Source: Escherichia coli
GTDB taxonomy: Bacteria > Pseudomonadota > Gammaproteobacteria > Enterobacterales > Enterobacteriaceae
Assembly: GCF_003334785.1 (NCBI RefSeq)
Contig: NZ_QOWV01000002.1
DNA: 64,000 bases
Strand: one strand, 5' to 3'
How positions within the stretch are numbered: the first letter of the stretch is position 1; each line of letters opens with the position of its first letter. Under the pieces are notes generated by a model. It did not search any database. It saw only the letters and a program-made list of their open reading frames with translations, and was not told the DNA's origin. Positions 21,275-34,975 of this stretch are shown piece by piece. The translations under genes and the position numbers were made by a program.

Positions 21275-22923
21275 TTGGGACGATACTGAATCAGCACCAG
21301 ACGCTCCTGACGATCGATGGCATCTGCGGGCGGAATGGCGAGACTGTTGATATCTTCATCGCGGTCAACCGAAAGCACGAGAGTAATAATCCCCTCCTGA
21401 CGATGTTGATTAAGCCAGTTTGCGAACTCATCACCGCTGACAAATCTCCCTTTCGCATCCGGATAATTAAGGCCGTATTTCAACTCACCTGTCTGGCGAT
21501 ACATGATGATGTCATCGCGTTGCAGGCTCCATGCCAGACCTGCGGCAACACCGACGCTATCAGTAAGAATATAGCGGCTTGGCTGAAGTGATTCTTGTGT
21601 CATCTCGACAAAAAATTGCGGATGTTTTCCTTCCATAACTCTGTCAGGAATTGAAAATCCTACCAGCAACGCCAGCCCCAGCGGGCAAAGCGCGGCAAAA
21701 GGCCAGGTCTTTTCGACGTTTGTTAAGGTGTACCAGCCGAAAAATGCCCATAGCGAAAAAATCGACCAGGCACAAAAGACTTTATAGCTCTCGAAGGTTT
21801 GCCACACCGGCGTGTTCATTGGTCCCCACGGGGAGACCACAAATGTGGCAATAATGCCAGTGACGCCAAAAGCGATGTTAATCCAGCCATTAATCCGCAG
21901 CGCCAGAGGATTATTTTTTGCTGCCAGCAAAGCGTAATGCGCCATCAGCATTGCCAGAGATGCAAAGCAGGAAAGAATATAGGTGGGCAATTTACCTTTA
22001 GCGACGGAGAAAAACAGCAGCGGCATTATCGTCCAGCTCAACAAATAGACGGTTGCGGAATGCTTGCGGTTTTTCCAGCCTGTGTACAGTGCACCGGGGA
22101 GTAATCCCAGCCACGGCAGGCTACCGGCAATGATGACCGGCACGTAGTACCAGAACGGAGCTCTATGTTGGGCATCATCCAGTGCAAAGCGTTGAATATG
22201 CTCAACCCAGAAAAAATAGTGCCAGAAGTTAGGCTCCCGCTGCGCTATCGCCAGTCCCCAAGGGAGAACCGTCAGTACGCAACTGATAACCGCCAGCCAG
22301 CCGTAAATAAAGAGATCTTTCCAGCGTTTTTGCGTCGCTACCCATGGCAGCACGCTTAATACCGGCACGGCAAGGGCGAGAAAACCTTTGGTCATCACCC
22401 CCATGCCGCAGGTGATTCCCAGCAGTAAAAATCCTGCGCTTTTGCCTTTCCACGTCTGTGCCTGCATTGCCAGCCAGAAGCTGCACATTCCCGCCACCAG
22501 CCAGAATGCAATAAACGGATCGAGCACGGCATAAGTGCCGATGGCATAGACAATAAACAATGAGAGATAAATTACTGTGGCGAGTAGAGCCAGACGTTTA
22601 TCGCGCCATAAGCGCAGAGTAAACCAGGTCACCAGCGCGGCAGTTAACAGGGTCGCAAAGATAACGCCTGCCCGCACACCAAAGTTATTCGCGCCAAATA
22701 GCCATTGCCCAATGCTGTTAATCCAGTATCCGGCAATGGGTTTTTCGAAATAACGTAGCCCTAACAGATGGGGCACAATCCAGTCGCCGGATGCCAGCAT
22801 TTCTCGACTGATTTCCGCATAACGCGTTTCATCGGGTTGCCAGAGCAGACGCGTGCTGATCGGTAACAGGTAATAGCAGGCAATAAACGCGAAGAGGCCG
22901 ATAAGGTAACGTACCGATTTCAT
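21271..22923 (-). CDS. arnT: Lipid A 4-amino-4-deoxy-L-arabinose transferase ArnT
   Basis: 550-aa polytopic membrane glycosyltransferase ORF; operon position. Confidence 0.95.
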
Positions 22924-23813
22924 CAGCGACTACCCGCAATTTGTTGGCAACCCAGCCAGCCTTCACGTCCGGCAATATTTCCGCGAACAACTTGTCCGAG
23001 CGGCAACGTCTCTGATAACAGTTCGCTTAAAGGGCAAAATGTCACGCCTTCCTGAGCTGCGCGTTTGAGGAGATCCACAAAATTATGCTGATAAGCGCAG
23101 CCTTCAACTTCTGCATGAATGGTATAAACCGGCGTGCCTTTATCTCGCAGGATGCGGTTGAGTAACCAACCGTTAAAATCTTCTGCTTTCACATCCCGAC
23201 CAATCACTTCATCCCAGGTGGGTAAGGTCACCGGAATTTGCGCAGTGCCAGGGTTTCCTGATTCGAGCAATGGACGGAACGGCATGGCCCCACGACAATC
23301 GCTGTTGTAGCGCAAATGGAACGCTTCTTTTGCTTCGATCACCTTCTGGTCGGCACGCCAGCCCGCAGCGGCAGAACAGGTTACCGGTTGACCGATAATC
23401 TCTTCCAGAGTGCGAAGACCGCGTGCAATATCGTCGATCATTGTTTGCCGATCCCAGTTACCGCTACGGGCTTGCCAGGCATGGTGATCCCAGGCGTGCA
23501 GGCCGACTTCGTGATGTTTAGCCGCTTCACGAATGATATCGGCATTGGCATGACCAATCTCTTTACCTGGCCAGGCCGTACCTGCCAGTAAAATATCCCA
23601 GCCATAAAGCGATGCCGCGTTTGAGCGCAGCATCTTCCACAAAAACTGTGGCTTCACCAGTCGCCAGAGATGGCGGCCCATATTGTCCGGGCCGACGCTG
23701 AAAAAAATGCTGGCCTGAATATTATGCTTACTCAAGATTTCCAGCAGACGCGGCACGCCTTCACGGGTGCCACGAAAGGTATCGACATCAATGCGTAAGC
23801 CTACTTTGGTCAT
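22923..23813 (-). CDS. arnD: Ara4FN-undecaprenyl phosphate deformylase ArnD
   Basis: 296-aa polysaccharide-deacetylase-like ORF; operon position. Confidence 0.95.
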
Positions 23814-25791
23814 GATGGTTTATCCGTAAGATCAACGGTGCGCAGGAAGAAATCCAGCGTTTCGTCGATGGTTTCCTGCATATCAATTTTCGGCTCCCAG
23901 TCCAGGCAGCGGTGGGCATTGCGGATGCTCGGTTTACGATGCTCTACGTCCTGATATCCTTTGCCGTAGTAGCTGCTACTTTCGACAACGCGAAAGCCCG
24001 CAAACGGTGGGAAATGATGGCGCAGCGGATGTTTTTCGAAGCTCGCCAGCAGCATCTCGCCCAGTTCCTCAATGCTCGCTTCGTTCTCAGGATTGCCAAT
24101 GTTGATAATTTCACCGTCGCAGCGATTTCCCGCATTTTCGATAATGCGGTATAACGCCTCGATACCATCGCGAATATCAGTAAAGCAGCGTTTTTGTTTT
24201 CCGCCATCAATCAGCTTAATCGGTGAACCTTCTACCAGATTGAGAATGAGTTGCGTAATAGCGCGGGAGCTGCCAATTCGCGCTGCATTAAGGTTATCCA
24301 GTCGTGGTCCCATCCAGTTAAACGGGCGGAAGAGGGTGAACTGTAAACCCTCTTTTTCGCCATAGGCCCAGATCACCCGATCAAGTAATTGTTTTGATAC
24401 CGAATAAATCCAGCGTGGTTTATTCACCGGGCCGACGATTAAATTAGAATGGTCCTCATCGAAGTATTTATCGCTACACATCCCATAAACTTCTGAAGTT
24501 GACGGGAAGATGATTCGCTTACGGTACTTCACGCAGTAGCGGATAATGCGCAGATTCTCTTCAAAATCGAGTTCAAATACGCGCAGCGGGTTGCGGGTAT
24601 ATTCAATCGGCGTGGCTATCGCCACCAGCGGCAAGACGACATCACATTTTTTGACATGATACTCAATCCATTCGGAATGAATACTGATATCGCCTTCAAC
24701 AAAGTGAAAATGCGGATGATTCAGAAAACGGCTTATCGCATCGCTGCCAATATCCAGACCGTAAACTTCATAATGATCTTCGCGCAGCAGGCGTTCTGTC
24801 AGATGGTTGCCAATAAAGCCATTCACCCCGAGGATGAGTACCCGGGTACGGCGTCGGGCGGTGCAGGCAGGCTGGCTATTCAAGCGTGAACCTTGCACCA
24901 GGCCCAGCGTCTGCGCTAATTGCGAGCCCTGCATAGTAATGCCGTCGCCCGCCTGTCCGGTGACGATTTCCAGCGCGCCATCGCCACAGGCAATCAGCAG
25001 TGGCGCAACAGAAATCACGCTCCCCGGCTGTGCTTTGCTGGCATGAGGATGAACACGCGACGACCAGACGGTGAATTTCTGATTGCCAACATAGCTGAAG
25101 GCACCCGGCCACGGATCGGCAACGGCACGTACCATGTTGTGCAGTACGGATGCCGGTTTATGCCATTCAAGGAAACTGTCATCCGGCGTTCTGCGACCAA
25201 AACAGGTGGCTTCGTTTTCGCGCTGGGCGATTTCCAGAATATTACCGTGTTTAATGGCGGGTAATGTCTGTTCCAGTAGCTGGCGCGCGGCATGGCACAA
25301 TTTATGATGCAGCGTAATAGCGATATCGTCTGGCGCAATGGCAATGCGCAGTTGCGCCACAATGGCCCCGGCATCGGCACGTTTCACCATTCGGTGCAAT
25401 GTAACGCCAGTTTCCGTTTCACCGTTGACCAGCACCCAGTTCAGCGGCGCGCGACCACGATATTTTGGTAACAGCGAACCATGCAGATTAAATGCACCTG
25501 CGGGAGCGAGCTGCAAAATTTCGTCGTAAATAAGATGGCGATAATAAAAAGAGAAAATCACATCTGGCGACAGTTGGGCAATGCGTTCCACCCACAGCGG
25601 ATGATTAACGTTATCCGGCGCATAAACCGGAATGCCTCTTTCCGCCGCCAGACGAGCCACCGAACCATAAAAGGCTTTTTCACCGGGATTATCAGTATGG
25701 GTAAAAATGGCGCTAATTTCGTAACCGGCAGCCAGCAGGGCTTCAATACCGAGGCATCCCATATCGTGGTAGGCAAAAACGACGGTTTTCA

Positions 25792-25792
<1 letters not shown>
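23810..25792 (-). CDS. arnA: Bifunctional UDP-GlcA decarboxylase / UDP-Ara4N formyltransferase ArnA
   Basis: 660-aa ORF: N-terminal formyltransferase domain, C-terminal SDR domain with Rossmann motif ([14 protein letters not shown]). Confidence 0.95.
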
Positions 25793-26763
<971 letters not shown>

Positions 26764-27927
26764 TTATTGTCCTGCGAGTTGCTGAAGGGCTGTGATGACA
26801 TGGTCGGCATCGGCGGTAGTCATATCCGGGAACAGCGGCAAAGAACAGATGCGTTCGCTATTCCATTCGGTATTCGGTAACGACAGCGTGGGAAAACGCT
26901 CGCGATAATATTTTTGTGTGTGAGCGGCGCGGAAATGTAACCCGGTACCAATGCCTCTTTCTTTTAACGCTTCCATCAACGCATCGCGACTGATACCACA
27001 ACGTTGTTCATCGACACGAATAATAAACAGATGCCAGGCGTGAACGTGCGGCCAGGCGGGAAGGCTTAATGGCTGAAAGGGGAGAGCTGCCAGTGCTTGC
27101 TGATATTGCTGGGCAATTTCGCGCCGACGGGTGTTGAGGTGCTCTAATTTGACTAACTGTGTCAGGGCAATCGCGGCGTTAATATCGGTCAGATTGTACT
27201 TATAGCCCGGTGTTAAGACTTCAGCCTGCGGTGCACGGCCCCAGGTTTGTCTGTCATAGGCATCGACACCCAGACCGTGAAATTTCAGCATCCGTAGCTG
27301 GCGGGCAAGGTTTTCATTATCAGTTACAATCAGGCCACCTTCAGCACAGGTAATATTTTTAATGGCATGAAATGAAAAAATAGCGGTACCTTTTGCGCCA
27401 ATATGTCGCCCTTTGTAATACGTACCGACGGCATGGGCAGCATCTTCGATAACTGCGATGCCGTAACGTTCGCCAATGGCGTCAATATCTGCTGGCGCAC
27501 CGGCATAATGCACCGGAATGATGGCTTTAGTGCGTGGCGTAATGGCTGACTCGATAGCTTCAGGCGTGACCATCAGCGTATCGCGGTCGACATCCACCAT
27601 TACCGGCGTTGCACCCAACAAGGAAATCATATTGAGGGTTGAAACCCAGGTCAGGGAAGGCGTAATCACTTCATCGCCCTTGCCAATTTTCAACGCCATT
27701 AGCGTGATATGCATTCCGGCGGTGGCTGAACTGACCGCGATGGCATGCTGATTTCCCGTCAACTGGCAAAAAGCTTGCTCAAGCGCCTGATTCTTCGGAC
27801 CGGTTGTGATCCAACCGGATTCGAGAACCTCTTTAACTGCAGCGAGTTCCTCCACGCCCATTGCTGGTCGCGAAAAAGGCAAAAATTCTGACATTGCTTT
27901 TCCTTCCGCCATTGAATACCTGTCCAC
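26764..27927 (-). CDS. arnB: UDP-4-amino-4-deoxy-L-arabinose aminotransferase ArnB (start probably at 27912 or 27894)
   Basis: DegT/ArnB PLP aminotransferase ORF; track ORF starts at GTG; SD-like GGAAGGA precedes the MSEFLPF start. Confidence 0.95.
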   Translation of the reverse strand: MDRYSMAEGKAMSEFLPFSRPAMGVEELAAVKEVLESGWITTGPKNQALEQAFCQLTGNQHAIAVSSATAGMHITLMALKIGKGDEVITPSLTWVSTLNMISLLGATPVMVDVDRDTLMVTPEAIESAITPRTKAIIPVHYAGAPADIDAIGERYGIAVIEDAAHAVGTYYKGRHIGAKGTAIFSFHAIKNITCAEGGLIVTDNENLARQLRMLKFHGLGVDAYDRQTWGRAPQAEVLTPGYKYNLTDINAAIALTQLVKLEHLNTRRREIAQQYQQALAALPFQPLSLPAWPHVHAWHLFIIRVDEQRCGISRDALMEALKERGIGTGLHFRAAHTQKYYRERFPTLSLPNTEWNSERICSLPLFPDMTTADADHVITALQQLAGQ

Positions 27928-27992
27928 TTATATTTGCTATAAAGAGTGTTGTGTATATTTTGCCATTTGGAGCGAAATTTTAAGGATAGAAT

Positions 27993-28009
27993 ATTAACTT
28001 AACCTTAAG
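27993..28009 (-). promoter_or_regulatory. Candidate PmrA(BasR) box upstream of arnB
   Basis: Minus strand reads CTTAAG-gttaa-GTTAAT, two hexamer half-sites spaced 5 bp, similar to the YTTAAK-N5-YTTAAK consensus; in arnB-ais divergent region. Confidence 0.5.
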
Positions 28010-28201
28010 AAACTAATATTAGACGTAAATATTGAAATTTTTATATTTTTTCTTATTTAGGCTTTGCATTTGGCAAAATTTTGAGGCATTTTGCCGACAT
28101 CGTAGGATTTTTAATATTACACCAACTGCGAATTATCGCCAGAAATGTAGCTCAATTTCACGGTAATTGTCTGGTTGCGCTTGTCTATAGGTGGAGTTTA
28201 C

Positions 28202-28804
28202 GTGTTAGCTTTTTGCCGCTCTTCGTTGAAGTCAAAAAAATATATCATCATTTTACTGGCGCTCGCTGCAATTGCCGGACTGGGTACTCATGCCGCCTGG
28301 AGTAGCAATGGTTTGCCACGTATCGACAATAAAACACTGGCCAGACTGGCACAGCAGCACCCGGTTGTCGTTTTGTTTCGTCATGCTGAACGTTGCGACC
28401 GTTCAACCAATCAATGCTTGTCAGATAAAACAGGTATTACGGTTAAAGGTACCCAGGATGCCCGTGAACTGGGCAACGCTTTTAGTGCTGATATCCCTGA
28501 TTTCGATCTTTATTCCAGTAATACCGTCCGGACCATTCAGTCGGCTACCTGGTTTTCAGCGGGTAAAAAATTGACGGTAGATAAACGACTTCTTCAGTGC
28601 GGTAATGAGATTTATAGTGCAATTAAGGACTTACAAAGCAAAGCGCCTGATAAAAATATCGTTATTTTCACCCATAATCATTGCCTGACATATATTGCTA
28701 AAGATAAGCGTGACGCGACATTTAAACCTGATTATCTGGATGGTTTAGTCATGCATGTGGAAAAAGGCAAAGTTTATCTGGATGGGGAATTCGTTAACCA
28801 CTAA
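28202..28804 (+). CDS. ais: Ais (PmrG-like) histidine-phosphatase-family protein, putative LPS core phosphatase
   Basis: Track ORF 28175..28804; GTG start at 28202 ([19 protein letters not shown]) after GGTGGAG SD gives 200 aa; signal peptide and RHAER motif (VVLFRHAER). Confidence 0.85.
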   Translation: MLAFCRSSLKSKKYIIILLALAAIAGLGTHAAWSSNGLPRIDNKTLARLAQQHPVVVLFRHAERCDRSTNQCLSDKTGITVKGTQDARELGNAFSADIPDFDLYSSNTVRTIQSATWFSAGKKLTVDKRLLQCGNEIYSAIKDLQSKAPDKNIVIFTHNHCLTYIAKDKRDATFKPDYLDGLVMHVEKGKVYLDGEFVNH

Positions 28805-28842
28805 ATTTTCAATCTGACAGCCAGTAATGGCTGTCATCATTG

Positions 28843-29268
28843 TTACAGAAGACCTTTCAAACGTAACGTTTTTCGGGTGGCGACATTCAAATCATAATGC
28901 ACCAGATCTTCAGGTTTTACCCACGCGTAGTCCTGAAACTCTTCGTTTATTTTCACTTCTCGGTTGGCAGAAACGCAGTCAAAAATCAGGTAAATCATAT
29001 AAATCTCTTCCTTGCGACCATCTGCATACGTCTTGGTGCGAATATCATCGCTGAAGGTCCACGGCGTGATTTCTGTCAAAAGCAGCTGTTCTCCCAGTTC
29101 TTCGCGAATTTCGCGGCGTAGTGCCTCTTCAATTCGTTCGCCAGGCTCCACGCCGCCACCCGAAATCGCCCATTGACCGGGGAAAACGCCGCGATCGTCG
29201 GCCATTTTACACAGCAAATAAGCACCATCATTTTGAATCAAAGGGCATACAATAGTCCGTTGTCGCAC
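28843..29268 (-). CDS. nudI: Nudix hydrolase NudI
   Basis: 141-aa ORF with Nudix box [24 protein letters not shown]. Confidence 0.9.
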
Positions 29269-29546
29269 AGGGATATTCCTTATAAATAAAAAGAAACCAT
29301 GAGAATACGGTAACTCACAAATATGTGAAAGTGACAGTAATCTCTTTTGCGATGATAACTGTACTTATTATTATTTTTGTGTGTATCGATAAAGTGTGTT
29401 TATTTTTTCGGCATTTAATTATTTAAGAAGTATTTAGTTACAATAAGTGACTAGATCCTTTTTTTCGCTCATTGAATCCTCTGTGCCAGGCAGTACAATC
29501 CCGCAGCTTTGGGAATTTTGATTAATTGCTTGTGGGAAAGGGGATA

Positions 29547-30089
29547 ATGAAAAAAATTGCGCTAGCAGGTCTGGCCGGAATGCTGTTGGTTTCTGCATCG
29601 GTCAATGCAATGAGCATCAGCGGTCAGGCGGGTAAAGAATACACCAATATTGGTGTCGGTTTTGGGACTGAAACGACGGGCCTGGCGTTAAGCGGTAACT
29701 GGACACATAACGACGACGACGGTGATGTCGCTGGCGTGGGGCTGGGGTTGAATCTGCCTCTCGGGCCGTTAATGGCGACCGTTGGCGGAAAAGGCGTTTA
29801 CACCAACCCGAATTACGGCGATGAAGGTTATGCCGCAGCGGTAGGAGGTGGTTTGCAGTGGAAAATTGGCAACAGCTTCCGTTTGTTTGGCGAGTATTAC
29901 TACTCTCCGGATTCGCTCTCCAGCGGTATTCAAAGTTATGAAGAAGCGAATGCTGGCGCGCGTTACACCATTATGCGTCCAGTCAGTATTGAGGCGGGTT
30001 ATCGCTACCTGAATCTGTCGGGTAAAGACGGTAACCGCGACAACGCCGTGGCTGACGGCCCGTATGTTGGGGTTAACGCCAGTTTCTGA
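29547..30089 (+). CDS. yfaZ: Outer membrane protein YfaZ
   Basis: Track ORF starts at TTG 29526; ATG at 29547 with AAGGGG SD gives 180 aa; signal peptide, Gly/aromatic-rich beta-barrel-like sequence ending in F. Confidence 0.85.
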   Translation: MKKIALAGLAGMLLVSASVNAMSISGQAGKEYTNIGVGFGTETTGLALSGNWTHNDDDGDVAGVGLGLNLPLGPLMATVGGKGVYTNPNYGDEGYAAAVGGGLQWKIGNSFRLFGEYYYSPDSLSSGIQSYEEANAGARYTIMRPVSIEAGYRYLNLSGKDGNRDNAVADGPYVGVNASF

Positions 30090-30188
30090 TCCCTTCCGGC
30101 GCGGCATTCTGTCGCGCCATTCAGTTTCTTACTACGCCTTATCTCCCTTTGCGTTATAGTGATTCGATAACAAAAGCAGGAGATAACC

Positions 30189-31391
30189 ATGTTAAAAGTG
30201 GAAATGTTATCCACCGGGGATGAAGTGTTACACGGGCAAATCGTTGACACTAACGCTGCCTGGCTGGCCGATTTTTTCTTTCATCAGGGGTTGCCATTAT
30301 CTCGCCGCAATACGGTGGGGGATAACCTTGATGACTTAGTCACCATTCTTCGCGAACGTAGTCAGCACGCCGATGTGCTGATCGTTAACGGCGGGCTGGG
30401 ACCGACCAGCGATGATTTAAGCGCACTCGCCGCTGCGACAGCAAAAGGTGAAGGCCTGGTGCTGCATGAAGCCTGGCTCAAAGAGATGGAACGCTATTTC
30501 CACGAACGTGGACGAGTAATGGCACCGAGCAACCGTAAACAAGCGGAGCTGCCTGCCAGTGCTGAATTTATCAATAACCCGGTAGGCACCGCCTGTGGTT
30601 TTGCCGTGCAGCTTAATCGTTGCCTGATGTTCTTTACTCCCGGCGTACCGTCAGAATTTAAGGTGATGGTCGAGCACGAAATCCTGCCGCGCCTGCGCGA
30701 GCGTTTTTCTTTACCGCAGCCGCCGGTTTGTCTGCGTTTGACTACTTTTGGTCGTTCGGAAAGCGATCTGGCACAAAGCCTGGACACTCTACAACTGCCG
30801 CCGGGCGTAACAATGGGCTATCGCTCCTCAATGCCTATCATCGAACTGAAACTCACCGGACCGGCAAGCGAGCAACAGGCGATGGAAAAACTGTGGCTGG
30901 ATGTTAAACGTGTTGCCGGACAGAGCGTGATTTTCGAAGGCACTGAAGGACTGCCCGCGCAGATCAGTCGCGAATTGCAAAACCGCCAGTTCAGCCTGAC
31001 GTTGAGCGAGCAATTCACCGGTGGTTTATTGGCTTTGCAACTTTCTCGCGCAGGTGCTCCATTGCTGGCGTGTGAAGTGGTTCCTTCACAGGAGGAAACC
31101 CTGGCGCAAACTGCGCACTGGATTACAGAACGGCGGGCCAACCATTTTGCCGGGCTGGCACTGGCTGTTTCGGGTTTCGAGAACGAGCATCTCAACTTTG
31201 CGCTAGCCACGCCAGACGGCACTTTCGCTCTGCGTGTGCGTTTCAGCACTACGCGCTACAGCCTGGCTATCCGTCAGGAAGTGTGCGCAATGATGGCACT
31301 GAATATGCTGCGCCGTTGGTTAAACGGCCAGGATATCGCCAGTGAGCATGGCTGGATTGAGGTTGTTGAGTCCATGACCTTATCTGTCTGA
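30189..31391 (+). CDS. yfaY: CinA-like protein YfaY (MoCF-biosynthesis domain)
   Basis: 400-aa ORF; N-terminal MoaB/MogA-like domain (MLKVEMLSTGDEVLHGQIVDTNAAWL). Confidence 0.85.
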   Translation: MLKVEMLSTGDEVLHGQIVDTNAAWLADFFFHQGLPLSRRNTVGDNLDDLVTILRERSQHADVLIVNGGLGPTSDDLSALAAATAKGEGLVLHEAWLKEMERYFHERGRVMAPSNRKQAELPASAEFINNPVGTACGFAVQLNRCLMFFTPGVPSEFKVMVEHEILPRLRERFSLPQPPVCLRLTTFGRSESDLAQSLDTLQLPPGVTMGYRSSMPIIELKLTGPASEQQAMEKLWLDVKRVAGQSVIFEGTEGLPAQISRELQNRQFSLTLSEQFTGGLLALQLSRAGAPLLACEVVPSQEETLAQTAHWITERRANHFAGLALAVSGFENEHLNFALATPDGTFALRVRFSTTRYSLAIRQEVCAMMALNMLRRWLNGQDIASEHGWIEVVESMTLSV

Positions 31392-31610
31392 TTCCGCCAC
31401 TCTGTGCCGGTTTACTGCACCGGCACATTCCCCCTCCGGCAAAATTTGTCCAACCTGTTGTACTCAATAAGAAAAAATCCGTGCGCTGATTCACAAATTT
31501 GTGCGTAATTTCTCCAGTCTGCTGGACGAGGAGCGGGATTTGATGCGCTTCACAATTTTACTCCCCCTGAGCAACGAGACTGATTCCAGTATCTAAGACT
31601 GGAGTCCAGT

Positions 31611-32393
31611 ATGTTGGAATCAAGCAAAGTTCCCGCCCTGACACGGGCTATTGATATTCTCAATTTGATTGCCCGCATTGGCCCCTGTAGTGCTGCGACG
31701 ATCATTGACACATTGGGAATCCCTAAAAGCACGGCCTATTTGCTGCTTAATGAACTCAGGCGTCAGCGTTTTCTTAGCCTTGATCACCAGGAAAATTTTT
31801 GTTTGTGGACCAGGCTGGTGGAGCTTTCCGGTCATGCGTTAAGCAAGATGGATCTCCGGGAACTGGCTCGACCGCGTTTGACGCAACTGATGGATACCAC
31901 CGGGCTGTTATGTCACCTGGGGATTATTGATAACGGCAGCGCTTATTACATTTTGAAAGTGGAGTCATCAGCCACTATCAGCGTGCGTTCCCATGAAGGA
32001 AAAAGCCTTTCGCTTTATCGCTCCGGAATAGGTAAATGCCTGCTTGCCTGGCAACCTGCAGCGGTACAGCAAAGTATTATCGAAGGGCTGGTCTGGGAGC
32101 AGGCGACACCCACAACGATTACTCATCCACAGCAACTTCACGAAGAACTGGCGCGTATTCGCCGTCAGGGCTGGAGCTATGACAACGGCGAAGATTACGC
32201 CGATGTCCGTTGTGTCGCTGCGCCGGTGTTTAACGCCAATAACGAGCTTACCGCTGCGATCTCGGTGGTCGGTACCCGCTTACAAATCAATGAAGAATAC
32301 CGTGATTATCTGGCGGGCAAGGCCATTGCCTGCGCCAGGGATATTTCACGTCTGTTGGGATGGAAAAGTCCCTTTGACTTACAAGCCTCATAA
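31611..32393 (+). CDS. rhmR: IclR-family transcriptional regulator RhmR
   Basis: 260-aa ORF with N-terminal HTH and IclR effector domain; precedes rhmD-rhmT-rhmA. Confidence 0.9.
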
Positions 32394-32407
32394 CAATGGA
32401 GAACATC

Positions 32408-33613
32408 ATGACCCTACCAAAAATTAAACAGGTTCGCGCCTGGTTTACTGGCGGTGCGACAGCAGAAAAAGGCGCTGGCGGCGGTGATTATCACGACCAG
32501 GGGGCGAATCACTGGATAGACGATCATATTGCCACCCCGATGAGTAAATACCGCGATTACGAGCAGTCACGCCAGTCATTTGGCATTAACGTTCTTGGCA
32601 CGTTGGTTGTTGAAGTCGAAGCAGAAAACGGCCAGACCGGATTCGCCGTTTCGACAGCCGGTGAAATGGGCTGTTTTATTGTCGAAAAACATCTTAACCG
32701 TTTCATTGAGGGTAAATGTGTCAGTGATATCAAACTGATCCACGATCAAATGCTCAGTGCCACCCTGTATTACTCCGGCTCTGGTGGCCTGGTGATGAAT
32801 ACGATTTCTTGTGTCGATCTGGCTCTGTGGGATCTGTTCGGCAAAGTGGTCGGGCTTCCGGTTTATAAACTTTTAGGCGGCGCTGTTCGTGATGAGATTC
32901 AGTTCTACGCCACAGGTGCGCGTCCGGATCTGGCAAAAGAGATGGGCTTTATCGGTGGCAAAATGCCGACGCACTGGGGGCCACATGATGGCGATGCGGG
33001 GATCCGCAAAGATGCCGCTATGGTCGCGGATATGCGTGAAAAATGCGGTGAGGATTTCTGGTTAATGCTCGACTGCTGGATGAGTCAGGACGTGAACTAT
33101 GCGACCAAACTGGCCCACGCTTGCGCGCCCTATAACCTGAAATGGATCGAAGAGTGCCTGCCGCCACAGCAGTATGAAAGTTATCGCGAACTGAAACGCA
33201 ACGCGCCAGTCGGAATGATGGTCACCAGCGGTGAGCACCACGGCACACTGCAATCTTTTCGTACGCTTTCAGAAACCGGTATCGACATTATGCAGCCGGA
33301 TGTTGGCTGGTGCGGTGGTTTAACCACGCTGGTGGAAATTGCCGCAATCGCCAAATCCAGGGGGCAACTGGTGGTGCCGCACGGTTCGTCTGTTTACTCT
33401 CACCATGCGGTGATCACCTTCACCAATACGCCATTCAGCGAATTCCTGATGACCAGCCCGGATTGTTCAACGATGCGTCCGCAGTTTGACCCGATTCTGC
33501 TCAATGAGCCGGTTCCGGTGAATGGTCGTATTCATAAATCAGTGCTTGATAAACCCGGTTTTGGCGTCGAACTCAATCGTGACTGCAATTTGAAACGCCC
33601 CTACAGCCACTAA
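32408..33613 (+). CDS. rhmD: L-rhamnonate dehydratase RhmD (enolase superfamily); alternative start at 32396
   Basis: 401/405-aa ORF; GGAG SD precedes the second ATG; mandelate-racemase/enolase-like sequence. Confidence 0.9.
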
Positions 33614-33669
33614 TCACTCCGGGCGTTGCTGTGACAACGGTAACGCCCACATATTCTAAGGAGCTTTTT

Positions 33670-34958
33670 ATGAGCACCGCTTTGCTTGACGCCGTGGTGA
33701 AGAAAAACCGTGTGCGTTTAATTCCGTTTATGTTGGCGCTGTATGTGCTGGCGTTTCTCGACCGTTCGAATATCGGTTTTGCCAAACAGACCTACCAGAT
33801 TGATACCGGGTTGAGTAATGAAGCTTATGCGCTGGGAGCAGGCATTTTCTTTGTGGTATATGCGTTTCTGGGTGTTCCGGCGAATCTTTTGATGCGCAAA
33901 CTGGGGGCCAGAACCTGGATTGGTACGACAACACTGCTGTGGGGATTTCTTTCGGCAGCCATGGCATGGGCCGATACTGAAGCGAAATTTCTGATAGTTC
34001 GCACTCTGCTTGGTGCTGCGGAGGCCGGATTTTTCCCTGGTATGATTTATCTCACCTCGCAATGGTTTCCGCAGCGTAATCGCGCCAGCATTATGGGGCT
34101 GTTCTATATGGGCGCACCGCTGGCGTTAACACTGGGATCACCGCTTTCCGGCGCGCTGTTGGAGATGCATGGATTTATGGGGCATCCCGGCTGGTTCTGG
34201 ATGTTTGTGATTGAAGGATTGTTGGCAGTCGGTGCTGGGGTATTCACATTCTTTTGGCTTGATGACACACCGGAGCAGGCACGTTTTCTGAGTAAACAAG
34301 AAAAAACGTTGCTTATCAATCAACTGGCAAGTGAAGAACAACAGAAAGTGACTTCTCGGCTGAGCGATGCGCTGCGTAATGGCCGAGTCTGGCAACTAGC
34401 GATTATCTACCTGACCATTCAGGTGGCGGTTTACGGATTAATTTTCTTCTGCCGACCCAGGTTGCGGCATTGCTGGGAACAAAAGTGGGCTTTACAGCGT
34501 CGGTGGTCACCGCCATTCCGTGGGTTGCGGCCTTGTTTGGGACCTGGCTTATTCCGCGCTATTCCGATAAAACCGGCGAACGGCGTAATGTCGCAGCGCT
34601 GACATTACTGGCGGCGGGCATTGGTATTGGTCTGTCCGGGCTGCTTTCTCCAGTAATGGCGATCGTAGCGCTGTGTGTTGCAGCTATCGGGTTTATTGCC
34701 GTGCAGCCAGTGTTCTGGACGATGCCGACACAACTGCTTTCCGGTACGGCGCTGGCTGCGGGAATTGGTTTTGTAAACCTGTTTGGTGCAGTGGGCGGGT
34801 TTATTGCCCCGATCCTGCGCGTGAAAGCAGAAACGTTATTTGCCAGCGATGCGGCGGGATTACTGACGCTGGCAGCGGTGGCGGTCATCGGTTCGCTGAT
34901 TATTTTCACTCTGCGTGTAAATCGCACTGTTGCGCAGACCGACGTGGCACATCATTAA
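33670..34958 (+). pseudogene. rhmT: rhmT (MFS L-rhamnonate transporter) with a 1-bp deletion frameshift
   Basis: MFS ORF from 33670 (AAGGAG SD) changes frame near 34449 (attttcttc|tgccg); downstream frame (track ORF 34470..34958) continues MFS helices to the stop; one added base gives 429 codons. Confidence 0.8.
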
Positions 34959-34975
34959 ATAGGTTAAGGAACACG

